The notes under the pieces were generated by a model. That model was given only the letters and a program-made list of their open reading frames with translations. It searched no databases and was not told the DNA's origin. Of a DNA stretch of 64,000 bases, positions 1-13,684 are shown one piece after another. The translations under genes and the position numbers were made by a program. The stretch comes from Felis catus (Eukaryota). Location: assembly GCF_018350175.1 (NCBI RefSeq), contig NC_058368.1:93250001-93314000 (forward strand). Direction: 5' to 3'. The first letter of the stretch is position 1. Each line of letters begins with the position of its first letter.

Positions 1-397
1 AATAACCACACCCTGAAGTAAAACTTCCCAAGGATATTAAAATAGTAGATGAACTGGAGGGAAGGGATCCATAAGGAAGTCAAGTCTTGGCTTCACTGGA
101 GGAGACAAATATTCTAGATGCTGATAAAAATCAGGTTTATTTAGCTATGCTTTAATAACATTCAAATGTATACTTCATGAAAGCACAATCCCATCTCTCT
201 TATTTGCCACAGAATACCATGGCCCAGAATACCACTGGCACTTCAGATTCAGTGAATAAATAATGAGTAAATAAATGGGTGACTAAATGAATGGATAAAT
301 TCATTCATTCCAGGATAACTCTTCATTGGTTGAAATTATTCTAATCATCAGTAATCAGAATAAATGCCAGTGAGTTTGAATCTCCACTACATCTATA

Positions 398-968
398 CAC
401 TTGATGCTTGAACAACACAGGTTTGAACTATACTGGTTCACTTATATGTGGATTTTTTTCAATAAATACAGTATGGTATGGTAAACATATTTTCTCATCC
501 TTATGGTTTTCTAAAAAAAATTTTTTCTCTTGCTTATTTTATTGTAAGAATACAGAATATAATACATATACAAAATATGTGTTAATCAACTTTATCACTC
601 AGGCTTCTGGTCAACCCTAGGCTCTTAGGAATTAAATGTTTTTTAAGTGTTATTTATTTTTTTATTTAAATTTTTTAATATTAAATTTATTGTCAAATTG
701 GTTTCCATACAACACCCAGTGCTCATCCCAACAGGGGCCCTCCTCAATGCCCATCACCCACTTTCCCCTTCCCTCTCACTCCCCATCAACCCTCAGTTTA
801 TTCTCAGTTTTTAAGAGTTTCTTATGGTTTGCCTCCCTCTCTCTCTAACTTTTGTTCCCCTTTCCCCTCCCCCATGGTCTTCTGTTAAGTTTTGAGGATT
901 CGAAAGTTATACACGGATTGTGTGGAAGGTCAGTACCCCTCACCATTGAGTTATTCAAGGGTCAATGG
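398..968 (+). mobile_element. Tigger2a-like TcMar MITE, interrupted by an L1 fragment
   Basis: TA-flanked degenerate terminal inverted repeats (TIRs) CACTTGATGCTTGAACAAC and GTTATTCAAGGGTCAATGG. Confidence 0.8.
645..890 (-). mobile_element. 5'-truncated L1_Fc-like 3' end
   Basis: Highly similar to the 3'UTR of the full-length L1 at 20256-20470, with a T-rich tail on the left. Confidence 0.92.
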
Positions 969-1457
969 TACTTAACATTCAAATGAATTCTAAGTACCAT
1001 TTTGTAAGCACTTTATAATTACACAGTCTACTATAATCCTCACATCAACCTTGTGGAATCCTTGGTAAGTATATTAATGCACTCTAAGTATATTAGGAGT
1101 ATTTGGTGCATATAAATAAAGTGAGGCTCAAAAAAACTTAATTTGTACAAGATCTGAGAGCTTGGAAAAGAGTGAAAATACACATCTAGTAAATGTACCT
1201 TTAGAGCACATGTTCTATAAAAAGATATTCTGATCGCTGAGAGGGAATTAAATTTATTAAAAGATATAACAGTCATGAATCTTTCCATGCTTAACAACAG
1301 ATTTGAAATAAAGAGAAGAACTAGAAACTAGATAAAACTAGTTAACTGATAAAAAAATACTCGAGAATGTGACAAATCCACATACACTACTCAGAAACCC
1401 ATGCATCAAGAAACAACCAAGACAATAAAGGTTTTCAGTAAGACAAGTTATAAGTTT

Positions 1458-1667
1458 GGGGAGTCTCGGTGGCTTAGTCAGTTAAGCATCTAACTTAGGC
1501 TCAGGTCATCACCTTGCAGTTTATGGGCTTGAGCCCTGATTTGGGCTCTCTGCTGTCAGCACAGAGCCAACTTCAGATCCTGTCTCCCTCTCTCTCTCTC
1601 TGCCCCTCCCCTGCCTTGCACATGTGCATGCACTCTCTCAAAAATAAATAAACTTAAAAAAATTTTA
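1458..1667 (+). mobile_element. CanSINE (tRNA-derived)
   Basis: GGTGGCTTAGTCAGTTAAGC head, CT tract and AATAAA tail. TSD AAGACAAGTTA(T/C)AAGT at 1440-1455 and 1668-1683. Confidence 0.95.
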
Positions 1668-1800
1668 AAGACAAGTTACAAGTCTAGTATTTTAAAGATT
1701 TGGCAGACCATGTCCTTACAAATGTCTGATCTTGGTACATTTTTGGGGGGAGGGGTTAGAAATTTGACTATCCTTTGCATAAATTTTAAAATTGCTGGTA

Positions 1801-2352
1801 TGTCATTCACTAGGAAAAATTCACAGGTTCACAGCTAGGAACCACAGGACTCAGCAGGCAGCTGTACTCACAGCTAAGGCTTGTTATGGTAGAAGGATAT
1901 TAGTAAGGGAAAGACACTTGGGTGGAGCCTGAAGAAACCCATATGCCAGCTCCTTTATGCTCTCTGCTTCCTTAGAAGGCACTCACAGTGAGCATGCTCT
2001 GTTCTCCAGCAACGAAAAATGCAGCCACTTGTGTGCAATATGTCGGCCCAGTGAAGCCCATTGGTGACTCGGCACCCAAGCTTCTTTTATGGGGGATGGA
2101 TCATATGGTTACCCACTGTCTAGCACATTCCAAAAATTCCAGATTCCTAGAAGAAAAGCAAGTATTCAGCATAAATCAGAGTGGTTTCACAGTCTGAAGC
2201 ACAGTGAACCACCTTCAACAGGGAACATTTTCATATCAGTGTAGGAAATGTATCTAGCACCAAGATCTCAGAGGCTAGTCACGAGCCAACCTGCAAGTAG
2301 GATTTTCTAAGGAGAGTAGATTGAGGCCTGCTATGTCAACTCTGTTTTACAC
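1801..2352 (-). mobile_element. MER21-like solo LTR
   Basis: Ends in CCTGCTATGTCAACTCTGTTTTACACA; internal motifs resemble the recalled MER21 consensus. Confidence 0.65.
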
Positions 2353-2923
2353 ATTGGTCTATTTAGTTTTCTACTTTTTGAGCTACTTTTTCTATTTTAT
2401 ATTTACCTAGAAAATAATTTCTTTTGCTCGGGCTTTCAAATTCAAGGCTAAAATGTCCATCAAATGATACCTTTGTTCCTTATATGGTGGTTAATTTCTA
2501 CAAATCAGTCCTGTGTCAAGTTTACCTTGTTATGAGTCTTTCTTTCCAAAGAATAAGACGGTGGTCTTGATAACCAATTTAATTCTTTTGTTGTTTTGTC
2601 TTTCAATTTGTGCTTGTCTTTATTGATTCCTTTATTATGTGTTTTATTTTGCTATTTTTCTCTCTTCTGCACTTAAGAAGTAAATTCAAATCAATGTGAA
2701 AATTTAAAACCCATGAACAGCTTTTACAGCACAATTACATAACAAGGTATCCATTTCCGGGAATCCCCAAAAACAAATGGTTGAGGACAAACTACCAAAA
2801 AGCCACAGGACATGCATGACATCAGCAACTGTGTGGGAGGAAATTAAGAAAAAAAAATAGACAAAGGAAGAGAAGCTCCAGATAAATGTCAGGATAGGGA
2901 AAAGAGCCAGGAATTCTCATTAA

Positions 2924-3007
<84 letters not shown>
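2924..3007. repeat. (GAAA)n microsatellite
   Basis: Direct inspection. Confidence 0.98.
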
Positions 3008-3049
3008 AGCCAAATAGCCTGTCTAAAATGAATGTACAACTGCAAGGCA

Positions 3050-4000
3050 CGCTAACAAAAATAAACATATAAAACCCTATTTAAAAACAAGATAAAATTA
3101 ATTTAGGAAGTGATACAAGATGTGAGACAGAGCCTGAATCTGAAATAGTAACCCTTGGAAATGGGGTGAAAGAATACAGAAAATGTGAAATAAAAGCAAG
3201 TATTATTTCCAAAATAAAGGGTGAACTAGAAGGAATAGAGGAGAAAATAAAACAATAAGCTTAAGATAGGTAGAAAGAGCAAAAGGAAAAAAAATCATGA
3301 AAATAGAGTTTAAAAATACATGAGAAAGTAAAAATACAGAAGATAAAGAATCTCTAACGTCTAGAAAACAGGACTCCCTAAAGAAGAAGAAAGACAAAGC
3401 AAGGAAAGAGAACACAAAAAAGTGTAACCCAAGAGAATTTCTTGAAAGGCATAAAATCACTGACAGAATTCTACTGATAAAATTACTAGAATTTCAATTA
3501 AAAAAAAAGAAACTTTAAAGCCTTTTGTTAACTGGGCTGAAAGAACAAGCAACTTATAAGGAAAATGAAAATGAAATTGGATTATCATCAGACATTGACA
3601 GCAATCCTTTATGCCAGATGATAATGAAGTAGTATATTAAAGATACAAAAAAGAAAGGAAAAGAAAAGAAAAGAAAAGAAAAGAAAAGAAAAGAAAAGAA
3701 AAGAAAAGAAAAGAAAAGAAAAATAGAAGGTATGCCAAGATTTTAATTCCCCACAAAGTTACTTCCAACTATCAAGGGCCAAACTTATTGACAACATGAA
3801 TTCAAGGAATATTATGACCATGAACACTGTGTAAGAAGTTGACTACAAAAAGTGGTTCCAACAAATATCTAGAGAGACATTGACATAAAGGCTGGTGTTG
3901 AGCATTAAATATATTAAAATATAATTCTAAATGAGGATTGAAAATGAAACAAATGGTCTGACAGTGCAGAGGTAGTACAATTATATAAAATAGGGGGAGA
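3050..4000 (+). mobile_element. Ancient HAL1/L1 ORF1-like relic containing a (GAAAA)n tract at ~3657-3722
   Basis: A-rich degenerate ORF1-like sequence (ATCATCAGAC...ATGCCAGATGATAATG; AATTCAAGGAATATT). Confidence 0.55.
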
Positions 4001-4239
4001 ATAGGAAGAGAATATGCATGTATTTATATTAAGCACATTGATGGTGGGAATGTTTGTATCATTCTTCTCAGACTATTGTGTATATAATGGGTGATAAAAC
4101 AATTGATCAATTCTAAAATTCTCATAGTCCTCAATTTGACTTGGGAGAATCAGCATTACTTCATGATCTATTTTACATGCTCGCTCACACACATTGTAGT
4201 TCAGACTAGAGGAATAGGCTAGAATAACAGCCCATACAG

Positions 4240-4650
4240 CTGCATTGGTTATTCCTAGTACAAATATTGTACTCTTGAAACCCTAGTTCCAATCACAAGA
4301 AACCAGGTCTTCTTGGACAAGAGCAAATTCCAGGTCAAAAGCAGGAAATGGACAAGATGACATCATAGCACATAGGGAGGATGCTCTCCTGTGACTGCCC
4401 CAATCATGTCAAGAGACTCAGGAGCCACCTTGAAGAGGCTTCCTCCACTGGCCAAATACAGGAAAATTTGAACTTCAAAAAGGATAGTAATTGTGATAGA
4501 TTCAAACTCATCAAATATGTTTATATCCTTGAGTTCATAATAATTACAAACTAACTGATTGACTTTAGAGGATGACAAGGAACCAATCCATTACTTAGAA
4601 AACCAGTAATCAGAGGGAAAGAATCAAGCATTTATCTCAATGAACTAAAT
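4240..4650 (+). mobile_element. Old L1 (L1MC4-like) 3' fragment
   Basis: TTCCAGGTCAAAAGCAGGAAATGGACAAGATGA and CCACTGGCCAAAT motifs match the recalled consensus. Confidence 0.55.
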
Positions 4651-4906
4651 AGGAGTATCACTTACCGATTCCTTCCTTCAACACTGTCCACCTTGGTGAT
4701 TATCTCATCTATTATGCCCCTTATTTCAACTATTACATTTTTCATACTGAATATATCCATTTGGCTTTTAAATTTAACTGTCCTTTCCTATTGTTTACAG
4801 CTTCCTTTATCTCTTGAATCTATTTATTACACTTATTTTAAGCTCTGTTCCAATAATCTTCCTTCAGTTTGAGTATGCTTTTTAGCTTTTAGTCTTTCTC
4901 TCAAAC

Positions 4907-5248
4907 CTGAGGTCAGCAAACTGATTTTCAGTCAAGGGCTAGATAGTAAGTATTTTTGGTTGCAGGGGCCAGATGGTCTCTGTCACAACCACTCAACTCT
5001 GCCACTGCGGTGTGAAAGCAGCCGTAGACAATACATAAATGAAAGAGCATGGCTGTGTTCCAATAAAACTTTATTTATGGGCACTGAAATGTGAATTTTA
5101 TATAATTTTAATGTGGCACAAATTACCATCCTTCTTTTTTATTTTCCTTTTCAACCATTTAAAATGTAAAAACCACTCTTAGCTTAGGGACTGTATATAA
5201 AGAGTGGAGAGCTGGATCTGGCTCATGGACTGCAGCCCCCTGACCACT
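4907..5248 (+). mobile_element. MER58B-like hAT-Charlie MITE
   Basis: GGTCAGCAAACT...CAACTCTGCCACTG...GGCTGTGTTCCAATAAAACTTTATTTAT signature. Confidence 0.85.
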
Positions 5249-6765
5249 CTAGTGAGTGAGTGTATTCATCAGGTGTCTGGCTATTTTGACCTGTGACTTA
5301 GTTTCCCTGGGTATTTTAGCTTCTCTCTATCCCTATATTCCTATAAAATACTAACACATATTTAAATAAGTACCTGCTTGCTTAGGAATTTATAACGTGC
5401 TTATATTATTTTTATTTGTAAGTGTTAGTCTGACTTTCTATTATTCTCACTATAAAAATCCTGAAAAAGGAGGTGGTGGAAATTTTCCCATTGTCCTTCT
5501 CACCATTATAACAGATCCCAAGGAAGGACCTGGTATTTTAAGTTAAACCCATATGTCTAATAATGTTATTTGCAAAAAGCTCCAAGAAGACTGAATTTCT
5601 GACTTTTTTAACTGTGATGAAACTCTAAATGTGGGTCAAGATTAATTGAAGATTTCCTTATTTATATTTTTCCTTTTTGAGAAAAATCAGGAAGAAACAC
5701 AAAGCTAGCAGTTGAATACCCTGTTAATTTACAGGATGCCTGCAGCAGCTAAACACTATTCAAGTTCTGAACGGCACAATTGTATTTTCTCTGCTGACGA
5801 GGTCTTTCCTGGAGTCTGCTGAAGCCAGAGAAAGACTGAGGACACCAGAAGTATCAAAGTTTGGAGAGACAGTCCTGAAAAATCAGCTCTTTGGAGCTTG
5901 GTAGTTCAGAAGCTTTCTTTTCATACAATTATGATAACCACTACTTTGACTCTCTGTCTTGTTCTACATCAGTTACCCACTGTGGCCTGCCCTCATCCTC
6001 CCAGCTTGGCAATGATCTAAGAAGCACACTGCAGAGTCACCTCCATCCCAAGCCAGGAAAGTGAACTCCCAACATTTGTCAATCCAAAGATCCTTCCAGA
6101 TAATGGGGATGACAAGTAGATGAAAGGAGATGAGGTGGATATGCATCTCAATGACGTGTCATTTACACAGACTTTGACTGAAGTCTATGGGGGAAATAAA
6201 AATCATATATCCTACAGGTGTTAGCTGAAATGATTATGTTCTAGACTCAGTCCTCCCAAAATCTTCCCTAGAATGTCCACCAAGGTAGAGGCTCTACCGC
6301 CAATTATCAATTACTTCGTTTACATGTAGCTTTTCTCATGTTGTCTTCATTATGAGAAGAGAGCCCTATTTTGTGGGCAACTAGAAACAGTTCAGCTGTT
6401 AGTTGGTTGAAATTCAATTGTATTCTTGACTCATCTCATTTTGGTCTTTGTGGGCACAGACAACTCTCCACCTTGCTTTTTCCTCTTTTTCCCAAATCTT
6501 TGGTGGTTTATGCTGGTTCCTTCGAAATCCCTGATCTCTTACATTTTCAGCTTCTTCCTGATTCATGCTGTTCATTAAAATGAAAGTTTTCACGACATGC
6601 CTCTGGTTTCTGTATTAAGTACTCACACGATTAAAAACACTACTTTTCTGCCCATACTCAGAACCTCTTCTCATATGTTCCTCAAATGCATAAATAGAAG
6701 CATTCATGAACAAGCAGTTTTTCTCACTCACTGCATCACTTTCTACAATTTCAATATACCTGTCA

Positions 6766-7360
6766 TACACCGTGGCTTTATCACAATCCACGTCATCTCA
6801 ATTTAAATTAGGTGGATAATTCAAATCTAAATCTTAAGATACCCTTGCAGAAATTGCTTACCTCCCTCTCTACACACTTGATGTACAAAAGAAGCTCATT
6901 TATTATATCTGAAAGTGTGTAGGGCAACAGCAATTTTCTGAAATGGAACTTGGAGGCAATACCACCAAAACCCTAGGTTTAGACCTTGTCCATACTTATA
7001 CTAAGCTGGTTCTAAGGGGGGTTGGATGCATTCCAAACCCTCCTTTCCCAAATCGCATTCCAATGTGTCTGGCAAGGTTTTTCTGAGCACTTCCACCTAC
7101 TATCACTGTGTCGTCCCCAAACTCTAGAGGGCTTATTTTCATGGCATTGTTTGACTGCCAGACATAAGGACTTAACTTTCTCTCCCTATTACCAAGTTCT
7201 CTCCCTATTATTGTTGTACACAGTGGCTTTATCACAATCCAGGTCATCTCAATTTAATTAGGTGGATACTTCAAATCTAAATCTTAAGATACCCTTGCAG
7301 AAATAGGTTACCTCCCTCTCTACACACTTGATGCACAAAAGAAGCTCATTTATTATATCT
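6766..7360 (+). repeat. ~145-bp direct repeat pair (6766-6910 and 7217-7360)
   Basis: Manual alignment gives 6 substitutions and 1 indel. Confidence 0.95.
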
Positions 7361-7414
7361 AGGTCTTTAATCCAAGCCATCATCATTTCTGTCTCTACAA
7401 CCTAATGTACCCTT

Positions 7415-7624
7415 GGGGCGCCTGGGTGACTCAGTTGTTTAAGCATCCGACTCTTGATTTCGGCTCAGGTCATGTTCTCATGGTTTGTGAGATCAAGCCC
7501 CACATTGGACTCCAGGCTGACAGTGTGGAGCCTGCTTGGGATTCTCTCTCTTCCTTTCTCTGTCCCTCTGGCACTCGGATGCCCTCTCTTGCAAAACATA
7601 AATAAACTAAAAAAAAAAAAAAAA
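7415..7624 (+). mobile_element. CanSINE
   Basis: GGGGCGCCTGGGTGACTCAG head, poly-A tail and a degenerate TSD ending GTACCCT. Confidence 0.95.
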
Positions 7625-7960
7625 CCCAAACGTACCCTCTCTAAGTATTTCCATTAGGACTCTCTTCAATCAATTCCATGCAGCAGTCAGAGAGATCTTT
7701 TTTATTTAGCTCACGGATCAGATGCCCTACTTAAGACACTCTACAGAGTTTACAGTAGGATACAGGTAGATAGTACACGAAATCGTTTTGGAATTTAGGT
7801 GGCCATAAAGGGGAGGGACAAATGCCCCATCTGTTATACTGACTTCCCTTGGTCTCCAGAATCCCCAGTAGAAGAGTTGCACACAGATGCCACGGGAAAG
7901 CAGGAAAGCTCCATATGTACCTGAGGCTTAAGCCACCATTCCAGAAATACTTACAAGGAC

Positions 7961-8448
7961 TGTATCAGTTCCCTGTGGCTGCTGTAATGTTACCACAAAC
8001 TCGGTGACTTATAACAGCAGCAATTTTCCTTCTGGAAAGCCAGATGTCTGAAATCAGTATCACTGAGCTGAAATCAGTGTGTTGGAAGGGCTGCATTCTC
8101 TCTGCTGGCTCCAGGGGAGATCCGACCCTGATCTATTCCAGCTTCTGGTGGCTGTGGGTGACTCCTTCCCTTGTGACCATATCACTCCAATCTTCAAAAC
8201 CAGCATCATCAACTGTCTCTCTGCTCTGTCTTCTCATCATTTTTCCTCTGTGCACGGGCAGTCTCCCACCTCCCACTTACTTGTGATGGCATTTAGGGTA
8301 CATTCAGATAATCCAGAATGATCTCTTCATTTAAAAATCTTTAACCTAACCACATCTGCAAAAATTCTTTCTCCAAATAAGGTCACATACAGGTTCTAGG
8401 GACCAGGAGACCTGGGATCTTTGTGGCGCCATTTTTCAGCCAACAACA
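7961..8448 (-). mobile_element. MLT1 (ERVL-MaLR) solo LTR
   Basis: TG...CA ends and a 5-bp TSD AGGAC/TGGAC, with typical MLT1 motifs. Confidence 0.85.
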
Positions 8449-11400
8449 TGGACCATCCATAGGTTTCTATTTAAGAAAATGTAGGCAGCCATCAAATTTG
8501 TCTAGTTCTTGAACCAAACTATGTACCACCAAGGCAGAACTCACACATAAGGGAAAAAAACAGGATGCCAAGGTGTTCCTGAGAAAAATGTGCCTTCACC
8601 TTCAAGCAAGTCAAAATGCCCATTTTTCTGAATCCTTCTGACAAAATCTCAATGCCTTTAGAATAAATTCAAAACTCCTTACCATGACCTACAAACCCAA
8701 TGTGATCTGATTGCTCCTTGCATCTCTGACCTTGTCTCATACCTCACACCCCTGTGCTCAGCAGCTCTCTCAATAACTAGACCTCAAAAAGTACTTCAGT
8801 GTTTGTTATATCCTTGGCCCAGAATCCTTTTTCCCCAGATTTTTCTGGGGAGCTCTTTCTTTTCATTCATATCTCAGTATGAATGCAACCCCTTCACAGA
8901 GGTCTCTGGTTTTTTCCTATTTCTTAGAACTATCTAAAGCTATATGTTTATTGATTTGTTTGCTTACTTCTTATGAGTCTTATCTTACTAGAATATAACT
9001 TCCCTGGCATGAGGAATTTTACTTGTCTTTGTTCCCTATGATAGCCCCAGTGCCTGGAAAAGAATCTGCTCTGTCAAGATGATGAGAGGGAGTGGGAGAG
9101 ATAAGGTGGAGAAGCTGTATAAGCATCAACTGAGGTTTTCCATAACTGTTCAATGAATAAACCCAATAAAGGCAGGCAAGGAGAAGGGTCAGCACCGGCA
9201 CTGTGAAAACCCCACAAAACATCTGTAGGCAAAACCCTAAAAAGGGAGTGCCATTCATGTAAAAGCACAGGGATGCCTCGGGCTCTGTCAGGATTAGGTG
9301 GGATCATATCATAGAGGAATAGGAAGCCAATAATGAAAAGATATTCATAATTTATACTAGGATCTGAATATAGCTATATTTCAACATTGTTAATTTTTAC
9401 AAGGAGTGAATGTCCTTGATGTAGAAAAGAGTTTATGTTCTCAGAGAGAAGTATTAATGCATTCTGAAGATTAATGTAAATACCCTCCCCATAAGTGTAT
9501 TCAATTTAGGATAGAAGATTAGGAAAACAATGTTGTTCTTGTTTTCATGTTTCAGATGTTCTCTATAAAAAGGGAGCCCCTTCAAAATGACTTTCTGGAA
9601 AGGCCCCTTATGAGGCACAATGCATAAGAGTAGGGGGAGGAACTGCTTATAGATATTGTAATCACAAAATCATGATGTTGCTGGCAATATTCCACCGGAT
9701 AAATCTCTTCAAAGACAGAATCATTAGCTATTAGATAGCTCTTCTTGTTTGATGTTAGATAACATAATCAGCAAAATTCCATTTCAGAGCAGCCTTGCCT
9801 CACTCCGATCTTGTATGATTCTTTAACCTAATAACAAAGGGCCTTCTTGTTCTAAGTAATTTCAGATCCCAGGTAAAAAGTGGTAACAAAAAGTTTAGGG
9901 TTTAACACATAGTACAAAATGGCCAAAACAATCTATAAAGATCTAGCCCATATCAGCAATCCTACTTACTACTGTGTACTATTGTGTACTAACCCTACTA
10001 TTGTGTGATTAGGGGAGTCCTTTCCCCTCCCTGGGTCTCCAATCTCTCACCTTCATGAAGAGGATAAGGTCACAGATGATCCCTAGGATATGTTCAGCCC
10101 TTGGATTTCGTGGGGATTTACTTACGTTCAACATACAAGACAACGCTGTGATAGATAACGAAACACTCAAACAGAAACCATGAGACAGCATTATGGGCTA
10201 AATTGTGGTCTAAGAAGGCTCAGCTACTGACACAGGAATAAATTCGGATGACAGAGGAGTTCCAGGGAGCACCAGATTTTTTTTCCCAATGAAAGACTTG
10301 GAATCAAGAAAGTGTTGATCAATCGGTCCTACCTACCTGATTCTTGTTTAGATTGGGTGTTGGCAGCTCAGTTTCATTGACTTGGGTCAATGACACACAA
10401 GTATGGTGGACATAATGTAGCTATCTGTTCATATTGTGTTACGTACAACCAAAATGTAGCACAGTGCCCCACAGTGATTTTTCACTTCTCTTGAGAATCA
10501 GGGGCCAGGAAATGCTGGTTTGTTTGATTGTTGACAAAGCCACCTGAATGGCCCATATGGACTGAATGGCTCATCATAATGGCAGAATGCCCTCAAATAA
10601 CCATCAATATGAGTAAATGGTAATACATATCCTTTTATCTGAAACATCCCTGCTTTTGATCACAGAAGTCCTAATTGTATCCCCTATTCTCATATACATA
10701 TCATAAATCGATCACTCCCTGTTTAAAACTCATTTCCATTTGGGGAGAGGCTTGGTCCTGTTTCTTAGAATATTTCTATAAAATGTTTGTGACTCTACCT
10801 TTAAGCAACAACCTCTTCCTTTTTCAAAGATTTTGTTTCCACTGCGCATAATACAGCCTTTATGAATTTTTTAACTGACCTTCTTTGTATGTTTTTCTCT
10901 CACTAAAATGGAAAATGGGCTTCTCAGGAAGCTTTTCTGAGCCTTAAAAACTTTAAAAGTCTATGTCTTCTTGTTCCATTTCCAAGCTTAGCCCCACAAG
11001 AATAAATCTCACCATTCCTGCCCTAATCACCACAAGACACACATTTCTGAAAACCATCACTAAAACACTGGTTACCCTTTGCAGGCTCCCAAAAGGAAAT
11101 GTAAACTTTTAGTGGCCCACAGCTATTCTGGGGTAAAGATATCTTGCACAGGACTGGTTTTCTTGGGAGAGCTTCTGGTCCTTCCTGATACCACCATGTT
11201 TCTGCATCTCCAGATGCTCAGGGACTTCATGTGGGTATCATATGCTCCAAATTCCAAAAACATCTCCTTTCTTTGAGTCCTACTGCATGATACTGGGTCC
11301 TCAGGGGGCTATGAAGAAGAATGTCAACCCAATAAATGAATTCACGGTGAAATGCAGGGATGATAATGCCACCCATGTCTACCTCAAAGGTGACTTGTAT

Positions 11401-13616
11401 CTCTGGAGTTTTCCAGGTTGCCTGAGGTCAGGGAGGCTGGGACAGAGATGGTTTTCCTTCCTGAAGTACTGAGGCACCATGCCTAGGCCTACATTCACCA
11501 CTGGTCCTGAGTTTATGGGCAGGAATAAAAATAAAATATGTCTAAAGCTGAATGTAATTTGGGATACGGTAGGAGTTTGTTCATAACTTTCAGCAGCACG
11601 CAATGTCCTGGATGTCCTGGGCAGGAATGACAGCCTATAGTAACAGAACAGGAGATATTCTTCCCTGTTACTACCCTTCTATCATTGGAGAGAAGGCTGC
11701 ACAGTAAGAAATGCATCCCAGCTTAAACTAGCCTTACATGCTCCTGCCTTCGGCTGTATCCTAGCACAGAAATACTTTCTAAATAAAAATAAATTGTACT
11801 GGCTAAACCCTGGAAAGCAAAGGTCTTCTTTATTAAGGCTTTCTTGAGAAGGCAGCACCCAAGAGAGTCACAAGCAAGCCTGTTTAAAAGTTGTCATTTA
11901 CACTTCTTTTCCTGCATCGTCCTACTTTTTACCCTCTCTTTCTTCCTGCTTCTAGTTTTCCTTGCTTCTTCGTGTTTTTCTCTCCTCTTATCCCTCTTTG
12001 GGGAATCATTTGCTCTGCTCTGGACTTACATTGCATCCTCTTCATGTCCCCATCCTATCAGCAGGATAAAAGGACCACATTTTCCCTGTGATCTCTGTCT
12101 CACATGAGATAGGTGAGCCCCAGTGTGTACAATAATATGACACTGGAAGACAGAAGATGCAGCATGAAAGCTGCCTTCACCATCTCAGAGACAGAGACCA
12201 TGCACTGTGGGACACCAGTGTCCCAAGGTAGAGGGCCCAACAGATGTGTTCAGTTCTGGTTCAGGTGGAAAAGCTGATGTGGGGAGGGGGTGGGGAGGAG
12301 CCCCTTCCATTTAGCAAGAGAGAACAAATGTGGAGTTTGTACACAACATGTAAAGTCAGTTGAGCAGTCCATTGTTGGAAAGAGCAGGTAATGGAAAGAT
12401 GGTGAATCCAGCCTCTGGGGAAAGAGGCTCAGAAGAAATTATGTGGACTCCAGGCAAGCGGCCAACTTGATCAAAAAGAAAGTGTTTATCAGAAGGCTAC
12501 AGAAAAGTTCCCAGAGATGAAGAGAAGTCCTCATGAAAGCCAGGAACCAGATCCATGGAAACATGAGACAGAAAGCAATGGGCGGTGCCTTTAGGATGCC
12601 ATCGTCGGGATGAATTAATCCTAGTAATTTTTTTGTTTTTATGTCTTTTTTCACACATAGAAACCAAAGCTGATATGCCAGTAAAGAAAATGCTAGGGAG
12701 AACAGGAGGCCTGGGAAATACTATGACGTGGAAGAGTCAGAGGCCCCAGGACTCCCTTCCAGGATGCAGGCTAGGTCTCTGGCACAGTTCACTTCCAGAG
12801 CCTGCCATGGATGGCAGAGGGACAGAACCAAGCCTGGGATTGCAGAAGGAGCCCAGCACGGCTCAAAATACTCTATCCTCCCTTTATCTGATACCCAGGG
12901 GAGCTGGTGCCTTCTTCCAGAAGCTCCCTACAGTGTCCTGAGTGCTGCATGAAAGCTGAAAGAAAGGAACACAGCCCTGCCTCTTGTCTTTTCAATCAAC
13001 AGGGTTGAATTTTAAGAGCCTCAAGACTAACTTGTGGTCATAAGAGAAACCCATGAAAATGTCACAAGGTCATAAAATTTGATTCAAACCAGAGTGCTAC
13101 TTTTCTTCCCATTTGACAGTGCTACTGGGATTAAGGCACTGAAGAATAGTAATATCACAAACACAGCCAAATACACAGAGATCACATGTGAGTGCAGCAT
13201 GTGAGGGTCCCGGGGAAAAGTGTAAAAATTCACTCGTCAATGAATGCGCTACCGTCTTGGATCAGAAGCTGGCCCATACGATGAAGTGACAAACTCACTT
13301 CACTGATTTTTGCTTTTCCGACCCAGAAAACTAACACTCTTGTTTCCTCTTATTTCACTACCAGAGGCAAATCGTAACATAAAATCCCTTGTACTAAGGG
13401 ACTATGAATGAACACTTTGCCTCTTCCAAGGGCCATTTGCATTTAAAATAAAATATGCCAGGTTTGAGACAGTGGACTTAATGTAAAAGCAAGACTTTGA
13501 CCTTATGGAAAGGCAAGCTATTTGGAGGTAAAAGCGCTTCTAATACACATTCAAAATAAACAAAGAAGCCTGCTAACTCTCCCTCCAAGTGAGCTGATCT
13601 GAATTTGTGGGTGGGA

Positions 13617-13627
13617 GTGTGAGTGTG

Positions 13628-13677
<50 letters not shown>
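13617..13677. repeat. (GT)n microsatellite
   Basis: Direct inspection. Confidence 0.97.

Positions 13678-13684
<7 letters not shown>

Noticed and set aside
1458..1540. tRNA genes at SINE heads
   Set aside because: The A/B-box-like sequence is the tRNA-derived head of CanSINEs and continues into the SINE body and tail.
6766..7360. CRISPR-like or LTR-pair (TRIM) interpretation of the direct repeats
   Set aside because: Only two long units in a mammalian genome, with no TG...CA ends, primer-binding site, polypurine tract or flanking TSD seen.
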